Source: Octopus sinensis
Lineage: Eukaryota
Assembly: GCF_006345805.1 (NCBI RefSeq)
Contig: NC_043012.1
Location: 21,886,001 to 21,950,000 of the forward strand
DNA length: 64,000 bases
Direction: 5' to 3'
Shown here: positions 26,651 to 39,206 of the stretch, in pieces
Layout: each line of letters opens with the position of its first letter
Numbering within the stretch: the stretch's first letter is position 1
The notes under the pieces: generated by a model
What the model was told of the DNA's origin: nothing
The model's input: only the letters and a program-made list of their open reading frames with translations
The model's database searches: none
Made by a program: the position numbers and the translations under genes

Positions 26651-27859
26651 GTAAGTATATAATTAAGCATGCTTAACAGTTTATTGCTTTGAAGAGTTCA
26701 GTGAAAAATAAAAATTGTCAGGTATTTTGTTGGTATAATTACTATTAGCTATTCTTGTATATTTTAGGGCATCTGAAATCTTTGTCTTCTGTCAGTCTAA
26801 GATATTTTGTCTATCCCATTGCTTCCCCTCAATACAGAGTTTTTAGTTTCTACCAGTTTTCTTCCTACATATTGAGCAAAATCATTTCTAAGATGGTGCT
26901 ATGATCTTCTGTCCTTTGTTAAAAAATAAGATATTGGTCTTTGCCATGCTTTTGAAGTTTTGGCTCAAAACTATTTTCTCAAGTTTGAAACTTACTTTTG
27001 TAGATTGTTATCAAATTCTCAGCATGATCTTCTTCAAACTGTAAGGAATAGTAAAAAGAACTAAAAACACAACCTAAATGAATGCTCATTTTTTATGCTA
27101 AATTCCACACTGAATTGTCTATCAATTTATATTTTGTAAACTGTTTGAACAGCTCTCGTAAACTATTTAGCTCAAGTAGTGCCAATTAAGGCAGCATACT
27201 ATGGTATTTCAAAGATCTTCCATGGGTAGTCAAATGTAGACTAGAGTTGTTTATTCTTAGCTAAGAATTCTTGCAGTTTTCTCATGACATATATATATAT
27301 ATCTGTGGTTCTATAATTCTGGCACAAATTCAAACAGTATCTTATCCAAAGTAATCTTATTTTGCATTAGCTTGCTGAAACTTTCTCAGATTGGTTAAGT
27401 TTGAAACCTAGTCTCTGATAATCATTGCAATAAGACCTTTACAAACAACACCTTTAAGGGGACAAGTCCTGAGAGGAGGTATTTATAATCAGAATTGTAA
27501 GACTTGGAGTTTCTCAGAGTATCTGCACATCTCTTTTACTGATTTATATGACTCCAAAGCATTGATGCCTGACATTGAGCAGTTTGAGACATCATTTATG
27601 CAGATATGATTTTACAGTTTTTGATACAAACCATGACTCTGAAATGATCACCAACAAACTGAACAAATGCCTGGCCGTTTCTTTTGGCATTTTTTGCAGG
27701 CAGAAGAACGCAGTACACAGTATCTGGATTGACTGTGATTTTGTTCACACTGCAAAGTGTATATTTCCACTTTTGTTCCCAAGTCCAATTCTGTGTCAGT
27801 ACACTATTTCTGGAGCAGCAACCCTAAATACTAACAGTCACATTTGATACAGTAGTCAT

Positions 27860-28225
27860 ATTCTTACCATATTGTTGAAGAATGACAGGACCTACTCAAC
27901 AAAGAAAGATCCTTGTTCAGTTATTTGAGGCATTGCTTGAGCACAGGACAAATCCATACTTATGGCAATCTACAAAACAAGGAGACAATTCTCAATAATA
28001 TCAGTTTTATCTGATGCAGCATTGAAGAAAATGCAAATTAGTACAGAATACAGCTCTTTGAGTAGCAGCTGAAGACCATCTGCACCATGAGACAAAAACT
28101 GAAAGTACCACCACATTTAGATCCTATAGTTTCACAACACTATGCTCTTCAAATGCAAAATAAAGCCAACTCTATCACAATTCTACATGAAATTCATGCC
28201 ATTTAGAAATTTATCAACGAGCTGA
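27860..28225 (+). mobile_element. Old RTE/BovB-like RT N-terminal relic
   Basis: Degenerate GQIPxLW, IYKNKGD, HLxExxxxFRSY and MLFxxxxxxxK-like traces with many stops. Confidence 0.4.
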
Positions 28226-30100
28226 ATGTCGACCCAATGAAAGCACCAGATTGACAGTACCTTGGTAGATAAAGCAATAAAGGGTCTGAAGACAAGGAAA
28301 GCCCCTGGCCCATCATAAATCACCACAGAGATGCTTAAAATATCTGGCGGTGTCGGCTATTGTCTAGTCACCCGTAAAGTCAATCAAGTGATACATGAAG
28401 GAGTCATACCCAATGACTGGTGTAGCAGCACCATAGTCAACTGCTACAAAGGTAAAGGTGATGCATTAGATATGAATAATTACAGAGGTATCAAGTTGTT
28501 GGATCAGGTAATGAAAGTCACAGAGAGGGTCATAGCCCAACTAATTAGAGAAAGAGTCAGCCTAAATGAGATGCAGTTTGGGTTTGTGCCAGGGAAAAGC
28601 ACCACTGATGCTATATTTCTGGTAAGACAACTACAGGAGAAATACCCAGCCAAAGATAAACCTCTGTACCTGGCTTTTGTTGACATGGAGGAAATCTTTG
28701 ACAAGGTCCCCCAATCCCTTATCTGGTGGTCAATGTGGAAACTAGGGATAGATGAGTGGTTAGTGAGAGCTGTACAAGCCACGTACGGGGATGCTGTCAG
28801 TAAGGTAGGGGTTGGCAACAAGTAAAGTGAAGAATTCCAGGTAGGAGTAGAAGTCCACCAAGGATCAGCCCTCTCTTATTCATCATAGTCCTCCAGGCAA
28901 TAACAGAGGAATTCAAGACAGAATGCCCTTGGGAACTTCTCTATGCTGATGACCTTGTTCTAATAGCTGGGTCATTATCAGAACTAGAGAGAAGTTTCAG
29001 GTGTGGAAGCAAGGTCTAGAATCGAAGGCCTTAGAGTCAGTCTAGCAAAAACCAAAGTCTTAATAAGTAGGAAGGCAGACAAACCACAAATCCCTTCAGG
29101 TAGATGGCCCTGCTCAATCTGTAGAAAAAGCATAGGTAGAGACTACATAAGATGTACCTTGTGTAAGCTATGGACACATAAGAGGTGCAGCAATATCAAA
29201 GGAAGGCTAACTGGGAAGTTAGTTTTTGTGTGTGGCAATAAACACTGAAAATGTGCTGAGAACAATTTCTGCCACATTCCAGGGGGGAAAACTATAAGTA
29301 GTTTATAGCTTCTGTTACCTTTATCTAGGTGACCAAATCAGTAGCAGGGGTGGATGCTCTGAGAGTGTAGCTACTAGAATAATAAGAATAGCCTGGTCAA
29401 AGTTCAGAGAGCTCCTACCTCTGCCTTTGGTGACAAAGGGCTTCTCGCTCAGAGTAAAAGGTAGGCTGTATGATGCTAGTATGCTCCACTGGATGTGTAA
29501 TGTCAATGTGCATACACGACTGAGTGTAAGTGCCTTGAGAGAAAAGTTGGACAAATGAAGCATCAGATGTGGTATGCAAGAGAGACGACTGCGCTGGTAT
29601 GGTCATGTGTTGCATATGGATGAGGACAGCTGTGTGAAAAAGTGTCATACCCTCGCAGTAGAGGGAAAGAGGGAACCTGTGGAAGAGGGAGACCCAGGAA
29701 GACCTGGGATGAGGTGGTGAAGCACAACCTTCAAACACTGAGCCTCACCAAGGCGAAGACAAGTGACCGAGACCTTTGGAGATATGCTGTGCTTGAGAAA
29801 ACCCAGCAAACCATAACCGTGACCGCCTGATTGACACGGGTGCTGGTGGCATGTAAAAAGCACCATTCAAGCGTGGTTGATGCCAGTGCTGCCTGACTGG
29901 CCCCCGTGCCGGTGGCACATAAAAAACGCCCACTACACTCTTGGAGTGGTTGGCGTTAGGAAGGGCATCCAACTGTAGAACTTTGCCAGATCGGATTGGA
30001 GTCTGGTGCAGCCTTCAAGTTTGCCAGCCCTCATTCAGACCATCCAACCCATGTCAGCATGGAAAGCAGACATTAAACGATGATGATGATGATGATGATG
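28225..30100 (+). mobile_element. 5'-truncated, degenerate RTE-clade LINE: RT, PHD-like Cys insert, C-terminus, 3' UTR and (GAT)n tail
   Basis: KAPGP, IPNDW, NYRGIKLL, QFGF, TTDAIF, FVDxxxxFD; YADDL at about 28943; FCYLGD; RRLRWYGHV-like; GRPRKTW. Stops and frameshifts present. Ends ...ACATTAAAC(GAT)n. Confidence 0.93.
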
Positions 30101-31292
30101 AGAATGGAAAAATATCACTGTTTTGCTGTTGATACAGTTCAAAGCTACTAACTTCAAATCCTACCAAGCAGGTGGCTACTATCACCAGACCAGCTCATTA
30201 GCAATAAAGAATTATGTCTACCAGAGGAAACAAGATTCACAGGAGCAATGTTGCTGTCTGTCTGTCTTGTTTTTTATCTTCCTGCTGACCATCTCACTCA
30301 ATAGATCCAGATCTAGAAATTACCAGCATATGTCTAGTTTATTATTCTGCTTCACAAGATGTCCAATATCTCTTCCCATATTTAACTAACTCCCCCAATC
30401 TAAATGTACTGGACTTCTGGAGCAACTCCAGGAAGGTAGCTGAGTGGCTACTACAACTGAACCTCTGTTGGGCCACTGCAACAATAACACCACCTTTAAT
30501 GCACTCCCTTATAGCATCTAAATAACCTGAGGCTTTCAGAATTCCAACAGGTATTCTTGTTCCTGCTTTTTGATTGTTTGTATTCTGTTTATCACAAGAA
30601 TAAAAAAAAAGAAAGAAAGAAACTTGTGTAGCTTTTTAGCTTTCAGGTTATTGGCCTACAAAAGCCCATAGCATTCTGATTTTTGAAGAAATGATTCAGT
30701 TGATTTGTGACATTTTACAATTGATTTCCTTCCTCCTGAATTTATACAGCTTCCAATCGGAACTGGTGTAAAAAATAAATTCAAAACATTTAAAATGATT
30801 TCAGAAAAAATATGGCAGGAGTCCTCATTGGCTGATTTATTATGATATTGTTCTGTTAAGGGGAAGGGTTTACAGTGCAGACTCTTGTCTCTAGTAATAC
30901 ATGCTCAGTGTATTAGCTTAGTTTACAGATAGCATACCTTACATTTTATAACAGAAAATATTTTGGTACTTAATTCAAATGTTGTCATTGGCCACCAAAT
31001 TGGCAGAATCATTAAAATGTTAGTAAAAATACCTTGCAGTGTTTGTTCTACAACACAATTTGTCTTACTGCTATGTTTTTGTGTTGGTCTATAGTGATTA
31101 TTGTAATCTTTGGAGAGGGCTTCTTTCTGGAAACTACATTATAAAAAGAATTTGTCTCTGTAGCAGCTAACATTTCTATGATTTATTATCAAAGTGCCAG
31201 CTGTGTGGGTTTTGTTTCATAATTACTGATCATTTATGTTCGATATATTTCAGTGTTCTAGTATCATCAGTTTATTTTCTATTTCAAAACAG

Positions 31293-31441
31293 AATTCACC
31301 AACGATTGAACCATGATCAAGCTTGCGCATTGAAAGCAGACATGAAGACCCCTTTTAAAGACAAATCAGATGCTTGCCAACGTCTTATTTGTTTCCATGT
31401 ATTCCAGGATTGGGGACCAAATCAAGAAAAATTGGACAAAG
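31293..31441 (+). CDS. BICRA: GLTSCR1 domain exon 1: IHQRLNHDQACALKADMKTPFKDKSDACQRLICFHVFQDWGPNQEKLDK
   Basis: AG/GT boundaries, phase 2 in and phase 1 out. The DQxxxLxxDxKTPFxxxxDAxxRLxxxHV pattern is the start of the GLTSCR1 conserved domain. Confidence 0.93.
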
Positions 31442-32526
31442 GTTAGTTTCTCTTGCTCAGTTGATTTTATCATCATAGTTGAGACATTAGCAGCATCATT
31501 AGTCCTTTAATCACTTTCATTTTGTTCCTTACAAATAATCTACTAATCTTTTGCTTTGGAAAATTTTATTTTAAAAGTCTGTCAAATGAGAAAAGCCTGT
31601 TCATGTACATTGACAGAAAAATTCATTTGGTGAGAAAGCAAATATTGTTGCTTAAATTTTACATCAGTTGTTTGGGTTTTTCTTTTAAAGTACTAATCAT
31701 ACCAGGTAGTTCTCTGGTGATAGTAACTAATTTATAAAATGTTGGTGTGTAGAAATCTCTTTATCTTGCGAGAACATTTGAAGTAAGGAAAAGATTTGGA
31801 ATTATGCCATCTTATTATACAAACAAGTTGAACACCTCTTTTTAGTTATAACTAGCTACAATTTATTTGGTATTGTGACTAGTTTTAATGAACTGGTCTA
31901 TTTGTTGTAAGGTCGCTAATTCAAAATTTGATTCAACTGTTGTGTTTATTATACACAGTCCAGATGTTTGAATCAGTCTGCTTGGCTGAATATGGATACC
32001 ACTCTTGGTTCAGTTCAGTAGTTGTCAATGCAGCCATAGAGAAACAACTCAAGCATGATTGCATGACCATGTGATTCAGAAGTTGTCTTAGTAACTGTTT
32101 GCTTCTAAACCCACTGTGCAACACTTTGAGCAAATTAGATGTCTTTTCTATCCCCACCAATCAGCCAAAGCTTTGTGAGTGAAGTTCAGTCGACAGGAAC
32201 TATGTGCCAGACCTTCATATGTGTGTGTGTGTGTGTGTGTGTGGGTGAAATCTATTGGCAAGATATGGCTTAATAAAATTGGTAAGGTGGACTTTGTCTT
32301 TTGTCCCTTATGAGATTGATAAAATAAGGAGCAAACCAGTACTAGAGTTATTGTAATCACTTACAAGACTTTTGAAAGTGGTGTTTCTGCAAAGTTACAG
32401 TCTAAAGACTGAGAATAGTGAAAGAATAAAATAACTCCCATAATTCAAAACAGATAAATTTTCAGAATCATTCCAACATTGAATAAATAGTGTTTTTCTT
32501 TTATGGTTAAAAAAAAAAAAAAAGGA

Positions 32527-32707
32527 GAGGCGCAGGAGTGGCTGTGTGGTAAGTAGCTTGCTAACCAACCACATGGTTCCGGGTTCAGTCCCACTGCGTG
32601 GCATCTTGGGCAAGTGTCTTCTGCTATAGCCCCGGGCCGACCAATGCCTTGTGAGTGGATTTGGTAGACGGAAACTGAAAGAAGCCTGTCATATATATGT
32701 ACATATA

Positions 32708-32757
<50 letters not shown>

Positions 32758-32960
32758 TGTGTTTGTTCCCCGAGCATTGCTTGACAACCGATGCTGGTGT
32801 GTTTACGTCCCCGTCACTTAGCGGTTCGGCAAAAGAGACTGATAGAATAAGTACTGGGCTTACAAAGAATAAGTCCTGGAGTCGATTTACTTGACTAAAG
32901 GCGCTGCTCCAGCATGGCCGCAGTCAAATGACTGAAACGAGTAAAAGAGTAAAGAGTAAG
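32527..32960 (+). mobile_element. SINE family A (tRNA head, CORE-like CTTGGGCAAG, internal microsatellite, AAGAGT tail), complete copy
   Basis: A box TGGCTGTGTGG, B box GGTTCAGTCC, internal (TA)n at about 32691-32753, 3' half ending (AAGAGT)n. Resembles described Octopus OR-type SINEs; family name not verified. Confidence 0.85.
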
Positions 32961-33044
32961 AGAGGGAGTTGTACTTTGGCAAGAGAGGTGATGTGAAATC
33001 AGTGTGTTGAGACTGGAAAGTCACGTTAGTCATTTAAAATAGAC

Positions 33045-33082
<38 letters not shown>

Positions 33083-33967
33083 GCGTTAAATGATGATGAT
33101 TGTTATATTTACTTTATTTTGTAATTGTGTTATATATTACTATAAACTATCAGTCTTTTGTACATCTACAACCTCACCACAAACACTTACTCCACTGTGG
33201 TGTGACAGTACACGTAATCATATAATATTTTACTTACGCTTTCCGTGCTGGCATGCAGATTAAGATTTTCTAGGCCTCTGGGTTACAAGTATTTTGAAGC
33301 TTTCCCCTGTCAGATTTTCAGTAATTTTTCTGTTAATCTTTGGAGACCCCATTTCAATGGCAGAGGCTTCTTCTATGCCTTAATCCAACACAGCTAGCAT
33401 AGTTAAGCAAGGTCATTACTGTCTAAGTTGGTTCTTATCTGTCCTTGCTGTCCTCCTTCACAGATTAAGGAACCATGTCACATGAAAAGCATTCCATTTT
33501 TAGTATGAGTTCTATGGTTGGATACTTTTAACACCAACCACTTTATAGGGTGTACTGGGTGCATTTTATCATGGCACCATCACTAGAGAGGCTGTAATAT
33601 CTCAGACAGATTAAACATCCTCTCGACCCTCTGTTGTCTCTACTCATTCGTTAATTACTTCACAAAGTATACCAGGTGCATTATATCTAATATCAGTTCT
33701 GTTGAAGTTGCCGTGTGCTCTGTAAAGCAAAAGCTTACTACTCTACAATGTCTCTATTTAATGCAACATAACCAAGAAGCTGAATAGAAAAGAGAATGAT
33801 GACAGAATTATATTAACAAAAGTTAATATAGTGAAGTATGTATCTTTTAAATAACATTCATGGCTCTGCCATGGGATATAGAGAAAGAAAAAAATTTTAT
33901 GGATAAAGTTGAACTGTTTATGTTAGTTTAAATTTATATTGATTTTTCAAAAATTATATTCCATTAG

Positions 33968-34062
33968 CTGATCAACTATTTGAACAAGCTGCTGAAGAAA
34001 TCTTAAAGAAAAAACAGTCAATGTTTGACAAATATAGAATTTTACTACTTGAAGAAAGTATG
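33968..34062 (+). CDS. BICRA: GLTSCR1 domain exon 2: ADQLFEQAAEEILKKKQSMFDKYRILLLEESM
   Basis: Acceptor ccattAG, donor ATG|GTAAGT, phase 1 in and phase 0 out. DxxFExxxxxxLxxxxxMxxKYRxLLLEES is the GLTSCR1 domain core. Confidence 0.93.
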
Positions 34063-34139
34063 GTAAGTATTTCACATTTCTAAATAATAATTTAAAAAGA
34101 AAAAAAAAAATGAGAGTGATCGTGATCCTTCCCTTCTGT

Positions 34140-34460
34140 TATCATCATCAATCTGGCAGAATCATTAGCATGCCAGGCAAAATGCTGCTGTGGTATTTTT
34201 TCTTTTGGCTGTTTATATTCTGAGTTCAAATATTGCTGAAGTCAACGTTGTCTTAAGAGTGGTGAGCTGGCAGAATCGTTGCCGTGTCAGTCAAAATGCT
34301 TAGTATTCTTTTATCCATCTTTAAATTCTGAGTTCAAATGCTGCTGTGGTTGATAAATTAAGTCCCAGTTGAGCACTAAAGTTGATGTAATTGACTAGCT
34401 CCCTCTCCAATAATTTCAGACTTTGTGCCTGTAGCAGAAAGAGTTTGTTATTATTATTAT
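34140..34460 (+). mobile_element. Two older family B SINE copies; the (TTA)n tail of the second abuts the Dong element
   Basis: Heads TGGCAGAATC, B boxes GAGTTCAAAT, tail GTGCCTGTAGCAGAAAGAGTTTGTTATTATT. Confidence 0.75.
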
Positions 34461-34461
34461 T

Positions 34462-37400
34462 TCTCTTTATCACAGGTCTCGTTGGAGCTCCTGGAATCTT
34501 TCCTGATTATTCTGGCTGTGCCAAGGAGGCAAGCCTTTGTAACAGTTCTGCTGGGCACTCTATTCTAATTTCCTTGACTTTCCCCTTGATGTCTTCTGAT
34601 ACTGTTCCAAATGACCCAACAATAATTGGCACTATCTTCACCTTCTTCATTTTCCATAGCCGGGCTATTTTGTACTTCAGAGGGTTGTATCTATCTTTTT
34701 GCCTTCCTTCTTGACTATTCCCGGGTTAAAGGGGCATGCAACATCAACTATATAGTACATGAGGTGCATCATGTCCCCCACCACTAGGTCCGCTCTGTTA
34801 TGCTCTAGCACCTGATCTGTTTGGATTGGGATATCTCAGAGGATTTTGCTAGTCTCCAACTCCACCACACTCTGCAGTTTGTGTTCATATCATGTCTTGC
34901 CTTTCTCTAGCCCCCATTTTTCATACAGTTTCCAATGTAGCACTTTTGCTACCAGATCATGCCACCACAACTTGTAGTGGGTTTGGGCAAGACTAGGGCA
35001 TTCGTTTGTGATATGGGCAATGGTTTCATTCACACTATTGCAGATGTGACACAGTAGAAACACTTGCTCATTCCTAAGGTTGACCCTCCAGTTCATAGCC
35101 AAAGCTTGGTCCTGCGTTTCTAGTATAGTGTTTTTGGCCTATTTTTGTAGGGTTCCTTTCATCAGCCAATCCCACCTATTTTTCCCTACAACTTCTGTTG
35201 TGGCTATATGGAACAGATTGCTTGTTGCGTAATTCTTCTTCCTGTCCTTTTTGTACTTCTTCCTTTGTTTTCCCTTTTTTCTGCTCTCAATACTCCCTTG
35301 TTTCTGTTATTAGCAAGGTTTCCATTACTTTGGGCCAGGTATCTCATTAATCCCTTGATTTAGATATGCATGCACTCTTCCACACTTATCAGTCCTCTTC
35401 CTCCATTTGTTCTCTTCATGTACAGGCAAACAGTGTGTCTGCATGTGAATGATGGGCTCCATGCATTGTTAGGAGCTTTCTTGACTTGCTGTCCGTCTCC
35501 TTTAGCTCCTCCTCTGTCCACTTCAGGATTCCTGTGCCATAATGAACTACTGCGACTGTGCTTGAGTTTATTGCCAGAATTATGTTTCTGGCATTCAGCT
35601 TTGAACTCGATATTTTTCTTGCCGCAGTTACTCTCTTTTCGTCTTTTCTTTCTTGTCGTGGTGTTTGATTCCATCTGCCTCAAGTATTCCCAGGTATTCG
35701 TAGCTGGATTGAGGTTGAATTGCCTTCATCATTTCACCACTTGGCAACCACATACCTTCTGTCTTGGCAAGCTTTCCTCTTTCATCACCATCGTAGCACA
35801 TTTTGAGAGTCCAAACTCCATCTTAATATCATTGGAGAAAATCTGCACAAACTGGACTAGGCTGTCCAGTTCTGCCTCACTCTTTGTGAATAGCTTCAGG
35901 TTGTCCATGAATAGCAAGTGGTTTAGTTTTCTCTTACCTCTTCCCAGATCATACCCCAACTTTATTTTCTGTAGTATTTCACTCAAGGGGATCATTCCCA
36001 GCACAAATATCAGTGGGGGTACACTCCCCCCCTGGAAGATTCCTCTCTTGATTTTTCACCTTTCCTAGTACTTGCTTCCCTGCTGTCAATTCCATTCTCC
36101 AGCATTTCATGCTATTCTGTATAAGGCTTCTCATAGTTTCTGCTACTCCATACATTTTCATTGTTCTTATTATCCAAGAGTGCGGTATCATACCGTATGC
36201 TTTGCGATAATTAACCCATGCCATGCTCAGGTTAGTATGTCTTCCCTTGCAGTTCCTGATAATTAAATTATCAATTAAGAGCTGATCCTTCATTCCCCGG
36301 CTCCTTTTTCAGCATCCTTTCTTCTCAATGGGTAGCAGCTCATTTTTTTCCAAGTATCTGTACAGTTCACCGGCCAAAGCAGCTGACATTAGTTTCAACA
36401 TTAGTAGTTGGCATGTTATTGGTCTAAAGTTGGATGCAGCATTTCCCTTTTCAGGATCCTTGACACATAACAATGTCTTTCCCTTTGTCGTCCAGCTGGG
36501 TACTGTGCCTTCTTGCAAGCACACATATCCCTGTGATATAACTCTTCCTGTTACTTCAGCTTCATTTCTTGAGAATGCATTTATATCTACACTTTACTCT
36601 ACGTCTTCACTGCTGCCATTCGTTTTTCTGTTCTCACTGGACACCTTACCTGCTGGTGAAATATTATTTCTATATCTTCTACTTTCCTTTTTATCTCTTC
36701 TATTTCCATGTCTGTTAACCACCATTTTGTTCTTACTGCTCTTGCGTGATCGGCTAACTGTTGTGCTCACTTATTTCGAAGAGTCTTGTTTCATTCCATT
36801 TTGCTTTCATTCATTGTCGGAATCCTTTTCTACTGGGTTCACTCTTGATCCAGTATTCAATTACTGTTCACTTTGCCTCTTTATCCCACCTTCTTCTCTG
36901 CCTGTGGTTTTGTGTATAAGCTGTCTCTGGGTGATGACCAGGCCTGCACTGCTCAATCACAGGGCACCTGCCAGGCAAAAGGCTTTCACCTTTGTTCCAG
37001 CCTCTTTAACACCATTATTTGATACATTTGTATTTGACATTTTCATTCAACAATGAAGTTTGTGTTTTAAGGTTAGCCACCAACTGGCATTTTTATCGCG
37101 ACACCCTTTCTAGTAAGATTGTCAACCACAACTGCAGAGCTCTTACTACCCATAAGTTGAGCCTGTTCCCTTACCATTTCTGTGTGTTGGGGACCATGAT
37201 CCTGATTCTCACTAGGAGACAGATGAGCGTCAGTTGGTCCTGTATCTTCATCCAAACATTGCTCCGGACTTAAGTCCCGATTTGTCGTTTATTTGCATTC
37301 ATTCCATTCATGGAACTGCAGGACACTGACAGGTTGTCACCTCTGTGACTAAGGAGTCCTATCTACCCCAGTTTTTAAGTCAGAGTGTTCATTCTCCTAG

Positions 37401-37595
37401 GCAGACTACCAACCAAGGATCACGAGTTCAGTCTACACGTTTTCAGAATGACCATTGACTCTCTCAAGTTCCTCTGTCCTTTGCCGAGCTTTGTTTTTAA
37501 TCCCACAGGGTGTCGAAAATCCATCCTCTTCACCAAGCAAGCTTAGTGGGGTTGCTGGTTTAGTTGCCGACAACTCGACGGTTTCACAATGCCAT
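34462..37595 (-). mobile_element. R4/Dong-clade non-LTR retrotransposon (RLE endonuclease), degenerate and internally deleted
   Basis: Minus strand: N-terminal SEPSRKGFR...LADHARA; NFRPITC; [13 protein letters not shown]; LNHLLFMDNLKLF; GGRGL; CCHC knuckle CHICNSVNETIAHITNEC followed by HDLVAKVLHW; RLE-like HNRADLVV...IVDVACP...KE. (TAA)n-like sequence at both ends. Confidence 0.88.
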
Positions 37596-37709
37596 TTATT
37601 ATTCATTCTGGGTAATTATTTACTTGTTCACTATTACAACTATAATCCCTATTTTATTATTTACTTGTTCACTAATAAAAGAGATTTATTATTATTGTTG
37701 TTGTTGTTA

Positions 37710-37915
37710 AGGCAGTGAAATGGCAGTATCATTAGCACATCAAAGAAAATGCTTATCAGTATTCCTTCTCTCTGAGGCAAACTTTGTGTTTCATCCTTTC
37801 AGGGTTGGTAAAATAAAATACCAGTAAAATACTAGAGTTCATATAATCAACTAGTGCCCCCAGCAGCCCTCAAAAATTACTGGCCTTGTACCAAAATTTA
37901 AAACAATTATTATTC
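37710..37915 (+). mobile_element. Older family B SINE
   Basis: Head, CTTTCAGGGTTGGTAAAATAAAATACCAG body, TTA tail. Confidence 0.65.
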
Positions 37916-38379
37916 TTGTTGTTTCTAACGTAGGCACAAAACCAGATGGTGAGCATGGAGGTATTGTCAGTTAAATTAATCTTTGTACTTGAATGTTACT
38001 TTATTAACTCTGAAAGGATGAAAGGCAGTCACTGAAGTTAACTTTGTCTCTTCTATTTTTGGAGTCAGGAGTTTCAGAATTGCTTTCATTTTTGACTAGA
38101 TCTCTCCTCACCCTCTTGGCTTTATATTTTTTGTTATTATTCCTATTCCTGTTTTTTCTACACTTGAAATTACCAATCTGGAAAAAAAAATTTTCTTCAC
38201 AATTCCATTTTGTCACATTTTAACTCTGGCACCCTCCCACTTTTTTATTTTTATTTTTATTCTCTGGCCCCATTCTTTACTATTCCTGTTTGGCTTGTAA
38301 AGACAACAGGTTACATTGGTAGAATTGTTTCGAGTGTTTGAAGAAATGCTTGATGGTATTTCTTTTGGTTAAAATATAA

Positions 38380-38610
38380 GGTGGCGAGCTGGCAGAAACG
38401 TTAGCACGACGGGCAAAATGCGTAGCCGTATTTCGTCTGCCGTTACGTTCCGAGTTCAAATTCCGCCGAGGTCGACTTTGCCTTTCATCCTTTCGGGGTC
38501 GATAAATTAAGTACCAGTTACGCACTGGGGTCGATGTAATTGACTTAATACCTATGTCTGTCCTTGTTTGTCCCCTCTGTGTTTAGCCCCTTGTGGGTAA
38601 TAAAGAAATA
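38380..38610 (+). mobile_element. SINE family B, young subfamily, monomer
   Basis: A box TGGCAGAA, B box GAGTTCAAATTCC, body GCCTTTCATCCTTTCGGGGTCGATAAA, tail ...GTGGGTAATAAAGAAATA. 16-bp TSD GGTATTTCTTTTGGTT (38355-38370, 38611-38626). Confidence 0.9.
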
Positions 38611-38844
38611 GGTATTTCTTTTGGTTCTTTACATCGTATAGTTTTAGGTTCTATTTAATCTCTTACCATTGCAAATCTCAAATTCATCTTTCTAATCTCA
38701 TATATTCAAGTTTACTTTTTCTTTGTGCATTTTCATTGTCTGCCTATCTGTACGGGTGAGTGAATGTGTGTGTATGTAATTACCCTTAATTTGTACATAG
38801 ATTTGGTCATTGTCATATTTAATGATTGATTTATTTTATTAAAG

Positions 38845-38947
38845 CGAGATAAGCCATCAGCTGAAATGGTGATGATCCAGCGAATGCTTAATCAAGATAT
38901 GACTGCTGTTCTTGAAGAAGAGAGAAAACTGGCTGCATCCCATCCAG
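38845..38947 (+). CDS. BICRA: GLTSCR1 domain exon 3: RDKPSAEMVMIQRMLNQDMTAVLEEERKLAASHP
   Basis: AAG acceptor, donor CAG|GTAAAT, phase 0 in and phase 1 out. PSAEMVMIxRM is the end motif of the GLTSCR1 domain. Confidence 0.92.
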
Positions 38948-38986
38948 GTAAATACTCCCAGAGTTTGTTAGGGTTATACAACTTAA

Positions 38987-39206
38987 CCCTTTAGTGTTTA
39001 CATTATTTTGCCAAAGTTAATCCTTTTTTATCCACTTTGTTTTGAACTAATCATTCATCATCTTGTAGTTATGAGAATTTGATGAGGTAGCTGTTAATTT
39101 TTAAAACTATATTGTAGGGTTGGTGTGAGAGACCAGATCTGGCCATTTGAACATAAAACAGGCAGAATACTTTTGGCCGGATATGGCCGGTCTAAATGCT
39201 AAAGGG
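38987..39206. mobile_element. piggyBac-type MITE (220 bp)
   Basis: TTAA|CCCTTTAG ... CTAAAGGG|TTAA: terminal inverted repeats with TTAA target duplication. Confidence 0.85.

Noticed and set aside
36328-37056. 242-aa and 232-aa (35370-36068) plus-strand ORFs
   Set aside because: Antisense to the R4/Dong coding region; no independent protein features.
37480-37600. HDV-like ribozyme at the 5' end of the Dong element
   Set aside because: GGCAAC is present, but I could not build the nested double pseudoknot by hand; needs a descriptor search.
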